Of a stretch of 64,000 bases of DNA, positions 53,516 through 64,000 are shown in pieces. Every line of letters starts with the position of its first letter. Position 1 is the first letter of the stretch. Origin of the DNA: Octopus vulgaris (taxonomy: Eukaryota); assembly GCA_951406725.2 (NCBI GenBank), contig OX597814.1, forward strand, positions 56,606,001 through 56,670,000, read 5' to 3'. Below the pieces are notes generated by a model. The model was not told the origin of the DNA. It searched no databases and saw nothing but the letters and a program-made list of their open reading frames with translations. The translations under genes were made by a program, and so were the position numbers.

Positions 53516-53819
53516 TGAGAGAGAGAGAGATAGGGTGATAAGTAAGTACAGTAGTGATATAGTGGTTTGTTTTTAGTACTGATATATATATAGTCCAGCT
53601 GTCTTAGCCAATGAAAGTTAAGTGATGAGATATCAATTGTTAAAAAAATTTCAGTCAGTTCCATACAATGTCATAACTGCCATTAAGTATGGAGATTTCT
53701 CACAATGATATGAAATTGAGGTTTTTTTTTTTATTTTTTACCTTTCCTTAAATAACTTTTCAAGGTTAACTCTCATTCTACATTTCACTTTATTTTCTCT
53801 CCTTGTTCAATTTTTTCAG

Positions 53820-53932
53820 GTGCAGGAGCTACTGCAGTGGTGCAAGCCGCGTATTGCCGCCCCAGGAATGAAAAGATTGCCATCAAACGTATCAATTTAG
53901 AAAAATGCAATACATCTTTAGAAGAATTGCTG
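53820..53932 (+). CDS. OXSR1: Internal coding exon of an OSR1/SPAK-family (Ste20 GCK-VI) Ser/Thr kinase, subdomains I-III
   Basis: Long polypyrimidine tract ending ttttttcAG (53818-19) and donor GTatgt (53933). 113 nt, phase 1 to phase 0. Translates (G)[37 protein letters not shown], closely matching vertebrate OXSR1/STK39 [38 protein letters not shown] (Gly-rich loop, AIK catalytic Lys). OXSR1 vs STK39 cannot be distinguished; invertebrates typically have one co-orthologue. Confidence 0.96.
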
Positions 53933-55580
53933 GTATGTGTATTTCTTTATTGTAAAAACTTTATTTTTCTGTCATGGAAAAAAAAACAACCCATAAAACA
54001 AAAGACCCTGCAAACAAGCCTGCACACATTAAAGAGTAATGTTCCTCTGAATGAGAACATGACTTCACTAGTTATGTTTGAAAAATAGCAGTTGGGTCAC
54101 AGTGTGCGTGAGGCTAAGGAGCTGACCCACCAACCCATTGCCCATTAAGTGCTGAGTTCAAATGTTATGCAATTATTGTATTATTTTTATGCTCTTTATT
54201 CAGCCTGCAACTTCTCATAAATATTTATGGCTAAGTAAAAATTTGTTTACATTTTGCCTGGTGTGTTCAATGACACGCACACACACATGCACGCACAGAG
54301 AGAGAGAGACAGTGGAGGTGGAGAGTATCGGCTAAGATTTGTACTACTACTACTACTACTACAACAATAATATAGTTATATGTTGTAGTATATTTGTATT
54401 ATCTAAAAACCTTCTGCTTAGTGCTTTAATAATTAATTAGCTGTCAGCTAAGCGCTATTTCAGTAAAGTCCTTTATAACCGGGACTATATATACAATTTC
54501 TTTGTCAACAGAAGACAACTCACCTTCTGAAGAACTGTCCCAAGTGCCACCAAAACGGTTCAGATTGATGGCCTTTTTCTACCTGCTTAGTGATTGTGTA
54601 GGTATTTGTCTACATCTACATGATGCGTTCGATTACATGCACGTGCACACACACTGTCAACTAAGACTTATAGATACTGTAGATGTATACTCTATAGTAT
54701 ATTATATTATTAAATAATTAGGACAACCAGTTGTAAAAATACTTACTCCAACAATTTGTAAACAGCTTAAGTTGCAAAAACGTACTCCACCCATGCTAGA
54801 ATTGAAATAAAATTATTTGTATTTATAGACATGTTTACATTTTATATTTAAATTCATCTATCAACAATTTATATCAAACCTTCTGGGTTTATTAACTATT
54901 ATAGGCTGTAGCCTATTTTAGGGTGATTTATATAGATATCTGGCCGACTTAATGCCATTAAACTGGAGCTAGATGTTGAGATTTCTTAATTCCTCTTGAA
55001 GTATTCAGAAACCTTTACTTGTATCAATTCCAAAATATATTTTGTTGCTAAATTTTAGTGGTGGAATTGGTTGACTAAAGAACCCTATCTTATTGGTATA
55101 ACTACTGTAGCACTCCACGTTCCAGACTTCAGTTACTACTGAGACCAGGTTAGCTTTGTGTGTGTGTGTGTGGGGGGGGGGGCTGATGAAAGAACACATA
55201 ATACAAGGTTTTGTAATGTAGTTGTATAGTCCAAGTGTACTCTAATATGACAATGGCCTAAGTATTTTCAAATGGTATTATGGCTAAATTGCAAAGCTGG
55301 ATATTTTTTGACCTCAATGCTAGAAAACTTAAGATCATTGAGATATTTATCCTAATTAAAGGAGAAAAAAATAAAGAATAAAAAAAAAGTACTCAGTACA
55401 CTCAATAGAGATTATTATTTTTTCAGAGCTGAAGCTTAGTTGTCTTAGCTAACAAAAACAAAAAAAAAAAAAAGTCTATTCTTACTTTACACGTGGATGT
55501 ATGGGAGTACAAGGGGAATTATAACTTAGCTTTGGTAACATATATTCTGATACAGAAACATTCTAACCTAAAAAAAAGCA

Positions 55581-55630
<50 letters not shown>

Positions 55631-55662
55631 GGTATAAAGGAAAAACATAAGAAAAGTGATTC

Positions 55663-55696
<34 letters not shown>

Positions 55697-58549
55697 CTCA
55701 TGCAAAACCAACTCATTGAATTGATTCACTGTGAAAGTAATGTTGCAAAGCAGGATCAAGCCAAAATAATTTTGAGTACAAAGGGTGTTTTTTTTTGTTA
55801 TGGGTATGGAATATGATTGGTGGATATGTCTCTTTAGCAAAGTTGTATCCCCAAAACTACTTCTCTTTAGGAACAGAAAATGCTTCAGTTTTGAACAATT
55901 AATGACATTTTACAAAGCTCAAATGAGTCACACTCTAGAAAACAGCTCCCATACACTTGGTGTTGAGGATAAAGCTGCTACTACCCATACAAACACCCAA
56001 AACTACTTTCAAAAGAAAGCCACATATCTGATTGACATGGAATCATTGACCAATACATTTTAATTTTTTGCTTAGAGATGCACTGTCTCCTCACATTTGT
56101 TTTTCTACCACTACTACAATGGCTACTGCTTCTTGGTGCTTGGTGGTTGCTTACCACCTTCAGCCAAACCCACCTGAAACATCTTTCCTTTGTTCTCTTC
56201 AGCTTAGCTTAAATTCACCTCCCCACATACTAGAAAAAAAGAAAATAAACAAACAAAAACAAAAGTTGATTTCCATTCATTTCTAACATACTCACTTGTC
56301 TATAAATTTAGTAGGAAGGACTTAGTCAATTATATCCATTCTGCATTGTCTATATTTTTCAAAACTTTTGATCAGCTGATCTTATTGTAGTTAGCTTCTC
56401 TGTTTTTTAGCTTGAAACAAAACATTTAATTTGATAATCTCAGTTAACTGAAGATTTCCTGCGTGTTCTATCAGTTTAGTATGCAGAACACCCCAGAGTT
56501 ATTTTCTTTCAGCTATATTCTTGATCCCTGTAAATTGACTGGTATTTCTCTTATCCACCCCTGAAGCTTAAAAGGCAACATTTGAACTCAGAATGTAATT
56601 AGTTGTAACTAAATACTAACTATATATTTTGCTTGGTACGTTACTGTTTCTGCAAATCCATTGACCTAAGTAAAATTAATAAAATATTGAATCTGGATCA
56701 TAGACTTAGCAGTTGCCCACATCACTTCAAAGTGGTTTCTTTTGACATATCAACACCAGTTTTGCTAAAGAAATCAACCTATTATTTTATTGATTCTGAG
56801 AAGATGTAATTCAAAGCTCAGTGGGTTAGTAAACAACTACTCTAAGACATTGTTCAATAAACCACTATATTTGCCAGTAATAATTATAATAATAATATCT
56901 TTGGCTCAAAGCCATAAATTTACATGAAAGGAATTAAGTCCAATACTTGATTGTTACTTATTTTATTGAGCCAGAAGGCATGCAAAACATTTAGGTTTGA
57001 ATTTAGATTGCAGAGCGATTTAGGTCTGAATTTAGATTGCAGAACAACAAACTAAATGTTAGAAGGTGTTTTATTAGTTGGGTGTTCTACTGCTTAATAA
57101 TTACTTCTGATGTAGCCATGGCCATGTGATTAAGAAGTTTGCTTCAGTGAAACTGAATTGGATTCTAGCCTTATAGGAATATCTACTGGGATAGTCTGTT
57201 CTTTATTTCATCCTGTGATTTTTTTACCTGTAAGTTGGGCCATAAAACAAGCCAATCTTGAATCCTACATAGAGAGAAATGAAAGACTTAAATTGTATAC
57301 TGCAAATGGTTTCCCACTTGAGAGCCACCTCAGTATTGTCAAACAGTTTTGCAAGGACACTGAGACGTTGTTTTGATTAGAATAATGTGAGGCAGATTGA
57401 AAGTAAAATAGAGGAGAGGATTTGGAATTCATGCAAGATAATAGAAGAGTTGGACAACTTTGCATTCTACAAAAACTTGAGCATCAATGAAGGTAAAACT
57501 GACAGTGAAAGCTGTCTGAAATAATAAAGCAAAATGACTAGTTTGATGATCAAAAAGATTTTGATTATTGTCCTTTCATTAACATGAATGCAATTTGTGC
57601 CATGAACGTATTTGCAATGCCAACCATAACTCAGCTCTTTGATACTGAACTAGATATATTGAGTTTCCACAGACTGTATTACTAGACATCTACTTGTCAG
57701 TAAGCAATGCATCAAGGTAATTATTTAATGTTGCCCCCTCCATATTTCCAACTTACAAAAAGACCTGCTATGTGACCTTGTTGCTAAATGTGCAGTAACA
57801 AAATGCTTACAAGGAATTGGATTAGAGTAAACCTTAAAGCAGTAACAACAGCAGACATCTCGATGGTACATAACTCATCTTTGCTGAACAGTGAAAAAGC
57901 TAAGGTCAGTCAGTGTTTTGACATTTTGGCCCCCCCCCCCCCCACCACCACCACAATGACAAATGTCTTTCTGATGATATCGACTGAGGTAGAAATGTGT
58001 TCACAACTGTCCTCTTATCTCCAGACAATAAGCCCTTTTCCTTAATCACACCAACTTGGGAAAATTTGTTTATTCTTGAGATTATCTCCCCTTCTGATAT
58101 GTGGCTGGTCTTAATTGCTATTTGATAATTATGACATTTTCTCTAGAGGCAGAAATGATTTTAATAAATTAAAAATTTATGTTGTATGGTATTTGATGTA
58201 CCTGTATTTGTCTATGTTGTTCAAATATATGCCTCTGACCTCTCTGAGTTATTTCTCTTAGCTCATTTTGTTCCATATGCATGCATGTATGTATATATGA
58301 ATGTATGCATTCATGCATGCATGCACATATGCATCCACCCACTCACCCATATATGCATGCATGCATCCATTCCTCATCTAGATATAGAAATTTGGCTTCA
58401 ATGGGGAACATAACGGCATGCTGAATAGATGAACAGGCCCTCACTGCTGAATTAATTGAAAGGAATATCTATATCTTCTACAAATAGATGACAAATGTCT
58501 CCTTTGTGGTTTATTTTCTGAAACAATACACGACATTATATTAGGATGT

Positions 58550-58912
58550 CCTGAGATCCTTTTGAGTTTTGGGCCTCACAGAGGCAATGTCTGAGACCTT
58601 TGGCATTATGTCGTGCTTGGGAAGACCCATCAAACCGAGCAAAATCACAGATGTGACAGATACTGGTGTCATGGAAATTGGCACCCATGTCAGTGGAACG
58701 TAAAAGCACCTCGGTGTCACACAAATGGCACCCATGACAGTGGCACGTAAAAGCACCCATTATATTATTGGAGTGGTTGATGTTAGGAAGGGCATCCAAC
58801 TATAGAAAACTATACCAAATCAGACTGGAGTCTGGTGCAGCCTTCCAGTGTGCCAGCCTGGTCAAACTGTCCAACCCATGCCAGTATGGACAATGGACTT
58901 TAAATGATGATG
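58550..58912 (+). mobile_element. RTE LINE 3' fragment
   Basis: tgggcctcacagaggcaatg...ggcacgtaaaagcacc...aggaagggcatcc...tgatgatg, collinear with 20760-21267. Confidence 0.85.
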
Positions 58913-59949
58913 CCCTAACTTCAACAAAATAGTAATGTATTAAAGGTGCATCACTTGAAAATGATATGGAAAGACAACAAATAGAATGAGTTTTATTAAT
59001 GAAATCAAATCCCTGTTGACCCTTAATACCATCCATATTTCATAATGTATGTCAAAGCATGTACTGACATAAAAGTTTGAGAGTTACTGAATTGAAATGC
59101 TACCTGTGGTTGTTCTAAGTATATAACTTAAGTATATAGCATATCAAAGCGATGAAACTTCATACTCTGTTTTGGTAAACGTTTGATCTATTGTCAAATA
59201 CAAACATAACCCGAGGCTGACAGGCCCAGAGTAACGACCTTGAATGACATATTTACCAAGAATAAGTAAATGGAGAATGCGAAGGTTATGGTGATCTGGG
59301 TTGATTACATAACGGGATGGACTTGAGTTCAAATCCAAAGCTTTTATTAAGGATCAAGAATGCATGTAATAAAAAAAAAAAAAAAGCAAACATTGCATCA
59401 ACTGATGTAGTGTCTTAAAGAAATGTAGGTTATTTTGAAATGAGGAAAATGATTAAAAATAAATGAATAAATAAAAATATTAGTTTGTGGAAGATAAGGA
59501 TAAGAAACTATGCCCATGCCTTTTAGTGGCTCTTTTAGTAGTATTATTTCTATAGTTCATGTTCAGATAGAACATTTGCAGGGAAAATATTAGATGTGGA
59601 TTATTTGTTAGTTTTCTTTCTTTTTTTTTATTTTACTGTCAACACTTCCATAGCTAATAATGATGTAATTGACAAATGATCAATTATATTCTTGAATAAA
59701 GTTAGTTGCTCTTTTCTGGCAAAGTTGACTTTTATTAGCTTCTGGTAAATAAGAGTTCTTGCAGTGAATCTGCAAACAATTATGAACTTTTCTTTGCTGT
59801 CCCTGCTATATGAATGTTAATCTTGCTGTTGGTAGATATAGAAGGAACTGTTCCACAATCACGTTCACATCCAATATGTAAAATGCAGGCATTAACAAAT
59901 GATAAGCTTACTGTATTTCTTATCGTTTACACATTACAATAATCATTTT

Positions 59950-60595
59950 AATAATCCTTTTTTACTGTAGGCACAAGGCCTGAAATTTGTGGGGAGGGGA
60001 CTAGTTGATTACATCAACTCCAGTGTTTCACTGGTACTTAATTTATCAACCCCAAAAGAGGCAAAGTTGACCTCAGTGGAATTTGAATTCAGAAAGTAGC
60101 AACAGATGAAATTCTATTAAGCATTTCACCCAGTGTGCTAACAATCCTGCCAGCCTGCTGCCTTATTAAACCTTTTAATAGTAACCTGATTGAGACTTCT
60201 CCTGGTTCAAGGATACAAACTTCCTGTTTTAAAGTTAAAACTTTCCATTAAATTTCCAAACAGCAGCTTAATAATGACAGTTATTTTACTAAATTATTAT
60301 TTTCAAAATTGTTTGAATCAAAGACTGTACCAGAAATATGAAAACAAAAGGGTGTGGACATCTTTCAGTATTGGTTTCAAATTTTGACATGAGGCCGGCA
60401 GATTTTTTTGGGAGGGGCCAAGTTGATTATATCAACCCCAGTACTCAACTGGTACTTATTTTATTGACCCCCAAAAGGATGAAAGGTAAAGACCACCCTA
60501 GTGGAATTTGAACTTGGAGCACAAAGATGGACAAAATACTGCTAAGAGCATTTTGCTTGGTGTTTTAACGATTCTGTCAGCTTACCACTTTAAGG
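59950..60595 (-). mobile_element. Two SINEs of the 28115-type family
   Basis: Copies at ~59950-60165 and ~60370-60592. Confidence 0.75.
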
Positions 60596-61082
60596 ACGTT
60601 TTTCAATATTAATTTGTATTCTTTTTTCTCTGAAAGTAGGCGAATTGGCAGTTAGGGATATTGGGTTCTTAATACTAAAGTTGTGGTTTTGAATCCTGGA
60701 CTGGGAGGCATGTGTCTTTGAACAAGGCACTTCATTTCATATTTTTGGTCCACTCAGAGCTATCACATCCTAGAGATGGAGGGCTAAGAGAGTTTCTCTA
60801 TCTGCTTGTCTCTACATGATCAGTCACCTAAAGCAGTTAATAAACTCATGGTATAAGCTATGAAGTCACCCTCAATTCTAAGAGGTGGCAATTGTGAATA
60901 TTTTTACCCTAGACATTACTAAACTTAAAAAAAAAAAAAAAGGGTGGGGGCTGGAGGATCTTTGCATTTCAATGTCAGTCAAATCTTTTGGTGTAAGTGC
61001 ATTTCTTTAAATGGAATCCTTGACACATACTACTAAATATTGGTTTTAGAGATAATAATTACCATTATAGAATATATATTGA

Positions 61083-61375
61083 AGGGGCATGGCTCAGTGG
61101 TTAGAGCGTTGGTGCACAATCATGAGTTTAGTTCCTGGACTGGGCTGTGTTGTGTTCTTGAGCAAGACACTTTATTTCACATTGCTCTAGTTCACTCAGC
61201 TGTAGAAATGAGTTGCAAAATCACTAATACCAAGCTGTATTGGCGTATGCTTTTCTCTTGGCTAACATCGGTGGTGTGGAGCGGGCAGGCTGGTATGCAT
61301 GGGAGACTGCTGCTGGTCTTCCATAATCATCCATGCTTCAGAGGGAAACTTTCTAGGTGCAATCCCATGGTCCCT
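61083..61375 (+). mobile_element. tRNA-derived SINE, second family
   Basis: A box tggctcagtgg; homologous to 17083-17416. Confidence 0.8.
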
Positions 61376-61824
61376 TTTTTTTAGAATATATATTGACCGT
61401 AATAACATAGGATTTCAACATAAGCTAATGTGATCTCTAACAATTTCATCCAAATTTCCCAAAATATAATCCAGATTAAGTAAATAGTGTTAATATTTAT
61501 TAGGCAATTATTCTTCCTGTGACAATAACATATGAAGATTATTAATTAATTAGATGATAATTATTGCTTCTTTGATTGTAAGGTTAACAACTAAGTACAA
61601 CTGAATGCCAGATCATACATGGTTCTTAATTATATATTTGTTATATGAGGCTTGGTGATTCTGAGATTGTTGAGCTGGGATATTGGCTTCATAGTTACAA
61701 TTTCAAACTTTGTTACAATCATTGTATGACTACTTTAGCAGTTGGCTTGCCTTCAGTCTGCTTAGATAAAGGTAACTTAAAAACTCTACTCCTTATAATG
61801 GGATGAGCCAGATGGTTTTGCATA

Positions 61825-62165
61825 TTTATCTTTTGCTTCTTTCACTCTTTGAAACTCAGCCATGAAGCGTCTAGTACCTACCCTTAAGCCTGGTACTTAT
61901 TTGATCAGTCTCTTTTTGGTGAACTGCAAAGTTATGAAAATGTAAACAAACCAACTTGTCAAGCAGTGGTGGAGGACAAACAAATACACCCCCTCCATAC
62001 ACATATATACATAACAGGCTTCTTTCGGTTTCTTTCTGCCAAATCCATTCACAAGACTTTGGTTGACCTGGGGAAGATACTTGCCCAAGTTGCTGTGCAT
62101 TGGGGTCTGAACTCAAGATCACATAGTTGAGAAGCAAGTTTTTTACCACACAGCCATGCTGGCAC
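61825..62165 (-). mobile_element. tRNA-derived SINE (26655 family)
   Basis: Reverse complement of the head, ending ttaccacacagccatg. Confidence 0.75.
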
Positions 62166-62437
62166 CTATTTAGTAACATTTTTAAAAATGATTTATAAAA
62201 AAGCCTTTTGGATGGAATAGAATTCAAAATCATATGGGGAATTCATCTGCAATCTGCAATATATCATGGGTGTTGTCATGTAATTCTGTAGAAAAATGTC
62301 TAACTCTGTGTTAGCATTGACTGTGATGTACTTTCCTTGACTTCGCTTTACTGTTGGTAAACTACTGCCTGGCATGCTGAGACATGTTCTCTAGCTGATT
62401 ATTTAAATAGACTTGTTTATTTTTCATGTACACTTAG

Positions 62438-62480
<43 letters not shown>

Positions 62481-63490
62481 CATACATACATACATACACA
62501 TTCATCCATGTGCATGTACACTAATGCAAATGTAATGTATGTGTGCATGCATGTGTGTGTGCGTGTGCATGCATCAGTGCATAAAAATACAAAAACAGCA
62601 GCATGACAATTGCGATAAAGCTCACTTAAATAAATAGAACATTATATACGTATTGTTGGTAGCAATATATTCATTGGGATAAGTATTTTTAGTTTTGTAT
62701 CCCTTGATTTTGTTTACTGATGTATATCTCTATATAACTCAAGATTGCTAGTTTCTTAAAAAATATATAGTTGCTTACAACAATAGTTACCATAAAATAT
62801 ATGAGGCGAACTTTACATTATGGAGTGGAATGTACAATTTCCTTTAAGTCAGACTGTCTTGTAGCCTCAGCAGACAAAATGGAAAAGCTGTTACCCTGGA
62901 GAATGGCGAGGAAGATTTGCTGGAACAGCCACTCAGACTTATGGGGCTTGCACTTGTGAACAGCCATCTCTGCCCTGATCTCTCTTGTTTTTGTATTAGT
63001 ACAACTTGTGGGAACAGTTGTTCACAAGGTTTTGAATTTAAGGGAAGTATTTAACAGTTTGCCATACACTCAGGGATCATGTTGTTGCATCCTTTTAGAT
63101 CTAACCCTCCCACCACTCCCTGTTTCTTTCCCACCAAAGTTTTTCTGGGAAGTGTTAATCCCACTAATAGTGGGTGGGTCTGCTAAATTCAGTGTCATTG
63201 TACAAGAAAAAAAAAAGAGGGGAAAAAGAGAAGTGTTGAAGCATGGTTACTGTTTGGTGACTGAATCCAGTAAAAGAATATCTTTCATTTGGATTGGCAG
63301 AATCATTAGAGTGTTAGGAAAAATGTTTTATTTGATTTCTTTCACATCTCCGTGTTTAGAGTTCAAATCCTGCTGAGCTCAGCTTTGCTTTTTTATCCTT
63401 GTGGGGTTGATAAAATAAAATACCAGTCAAGAATGGGGATCAATGTAATGAACTGATTCTCTCCACCAAAACTGCTGGCTTTGTGTTTAA

Positions 63491-63811
63491 CCCTATAGCA
63501 TCTAAACTGGTCACATCCAGCTACACTATTCTACCAGCTTAATGGTCAAACTAGCCAGATCTGGTATGTCACACCTACCTTACAATGTCATTCTAAAATT
63601 AAACAGTCATATCATCAAAATCTCAGAGCTACAAAGTAATGTATGATTAACTAAAATCCTCTTACATATACCCTTACATATCTTACATATACCCTAAAAC
63701 TAAACCATCACATCATTGAAATCTCAGGGCTATAAGTCGATGAATGATTAATTCAAAGCAATATGAACTAATAAGCATTACATTTGACAGGGTGACCTGA
63801 ATGCTAAAGGG
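63491..63811. mobile_element. piggyBac-type MITE family A with internal duplication
   Basis: TTAA at 63487-90 and 63812-15. A ~50-bp internal segment occurs twice around a cttacatat repeat. Inserted into the 3' end of a SINE at ~63290-63486. Confidence 0.85.
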
Positions 63812-64000
63812 TTAAATTAGAACTAGTTACTAAAGGAGTACTTTTCTGTTTGTTGAGGGAGTCATTTCTCAACAGAATGGAGTACAACTTTATATTGTCA
63901 ACTTACTGTAGAAAATAAACAGTTGCAGGAACATGGAGAAAATGAAGGGATGGAAAGGACTGGAAATACTGGAAGTGACTATTAGAATCAAATTTTGTAG

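Larger units (their letters stand above)
1..53819 (+). other. Large intron upstream of the kinase exon (probably intron 1)
   Basis: No preceding coding exon (expected ...YEL.EVIG) was recognised. The region is repeat-dense and ends in a strong acceptor. Small or non-coding exons could be hidden in it. Confidence 0.75.
53933..64000 (+). other. Intron downstream of the kinase exon
   Basis: Starts GTATGT. The next expected exon (KEIQAMS..H.N.V.YY.SF) was not seen in the remaining 10 kb. Confidence 0.8.

Noticed and set aside
53837-54088. 83-aa ORF from the track as a complete gene
   Set aside because: It starts at an internal GTG and reads through the donor at 53933 into intron; only 53820-53932 is coding.
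56990-57045. Short tandem duplication ttaggt.tgaatttagattgcaga
   Set aside because: Local slippage inside a decayed SINE; no sign of function.
58275-58370. TGCATG cluster as an Rbfox splicing enhancer
   Set aside because: Explained by a degenerate (ATGC/ATGT)n microsatellite 4 kb from the exon.
63008-63376. 122-aa ORF
   Set aside because: Runs through a poly-A tract and into a SINE; no homology recognised.

Overview
Eukaryotic, very AT-rich, CpG-depleted genomic DNA. The repeat families resemble those of octopus/coleoid cephalopods; this is an inference from recognition, not a database hit. The window appears to lie inside one large gene. The only protein-coding exon I can support is a 113-nt internal exon (53820-53932, +) encoding kinase subdomains I-III of an Ste20 GCK-VI kinase (OXSR1/STK39-SPAK/Drosophila frayed orthologue). 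The rest is intronic (>53 kb upstream, >10 kb downstream) and filled with tRNA-derived SINEs, RTE and CR1-like LINE remnants, mariner and DD37D/maT fossils, TTAA-specific (piggyBac-type) and hAT MITEs, and microsatellites. Almost all ORFs in the track are spurious or transposon debris. Best leads: (1) a ~276-bp fold-back at 26242-26517 made of two head-to-head copies of a Penelope-like repeat, each carrying a minimal hammerhead-ribozyme motif, so the sense ribozyme is preceded by its own antisense copy; (2) an exact 38-bp duplication at 1340/2473 whose second copy has full splice signals (poison-exon or microexon candidate); (3) a locally CpG-retaining segment near 25.1-26.7 kb that may be an internal promoter; (4) several clean nested insertions. 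No prokaryote-type system (CRISPR, operon) is present.
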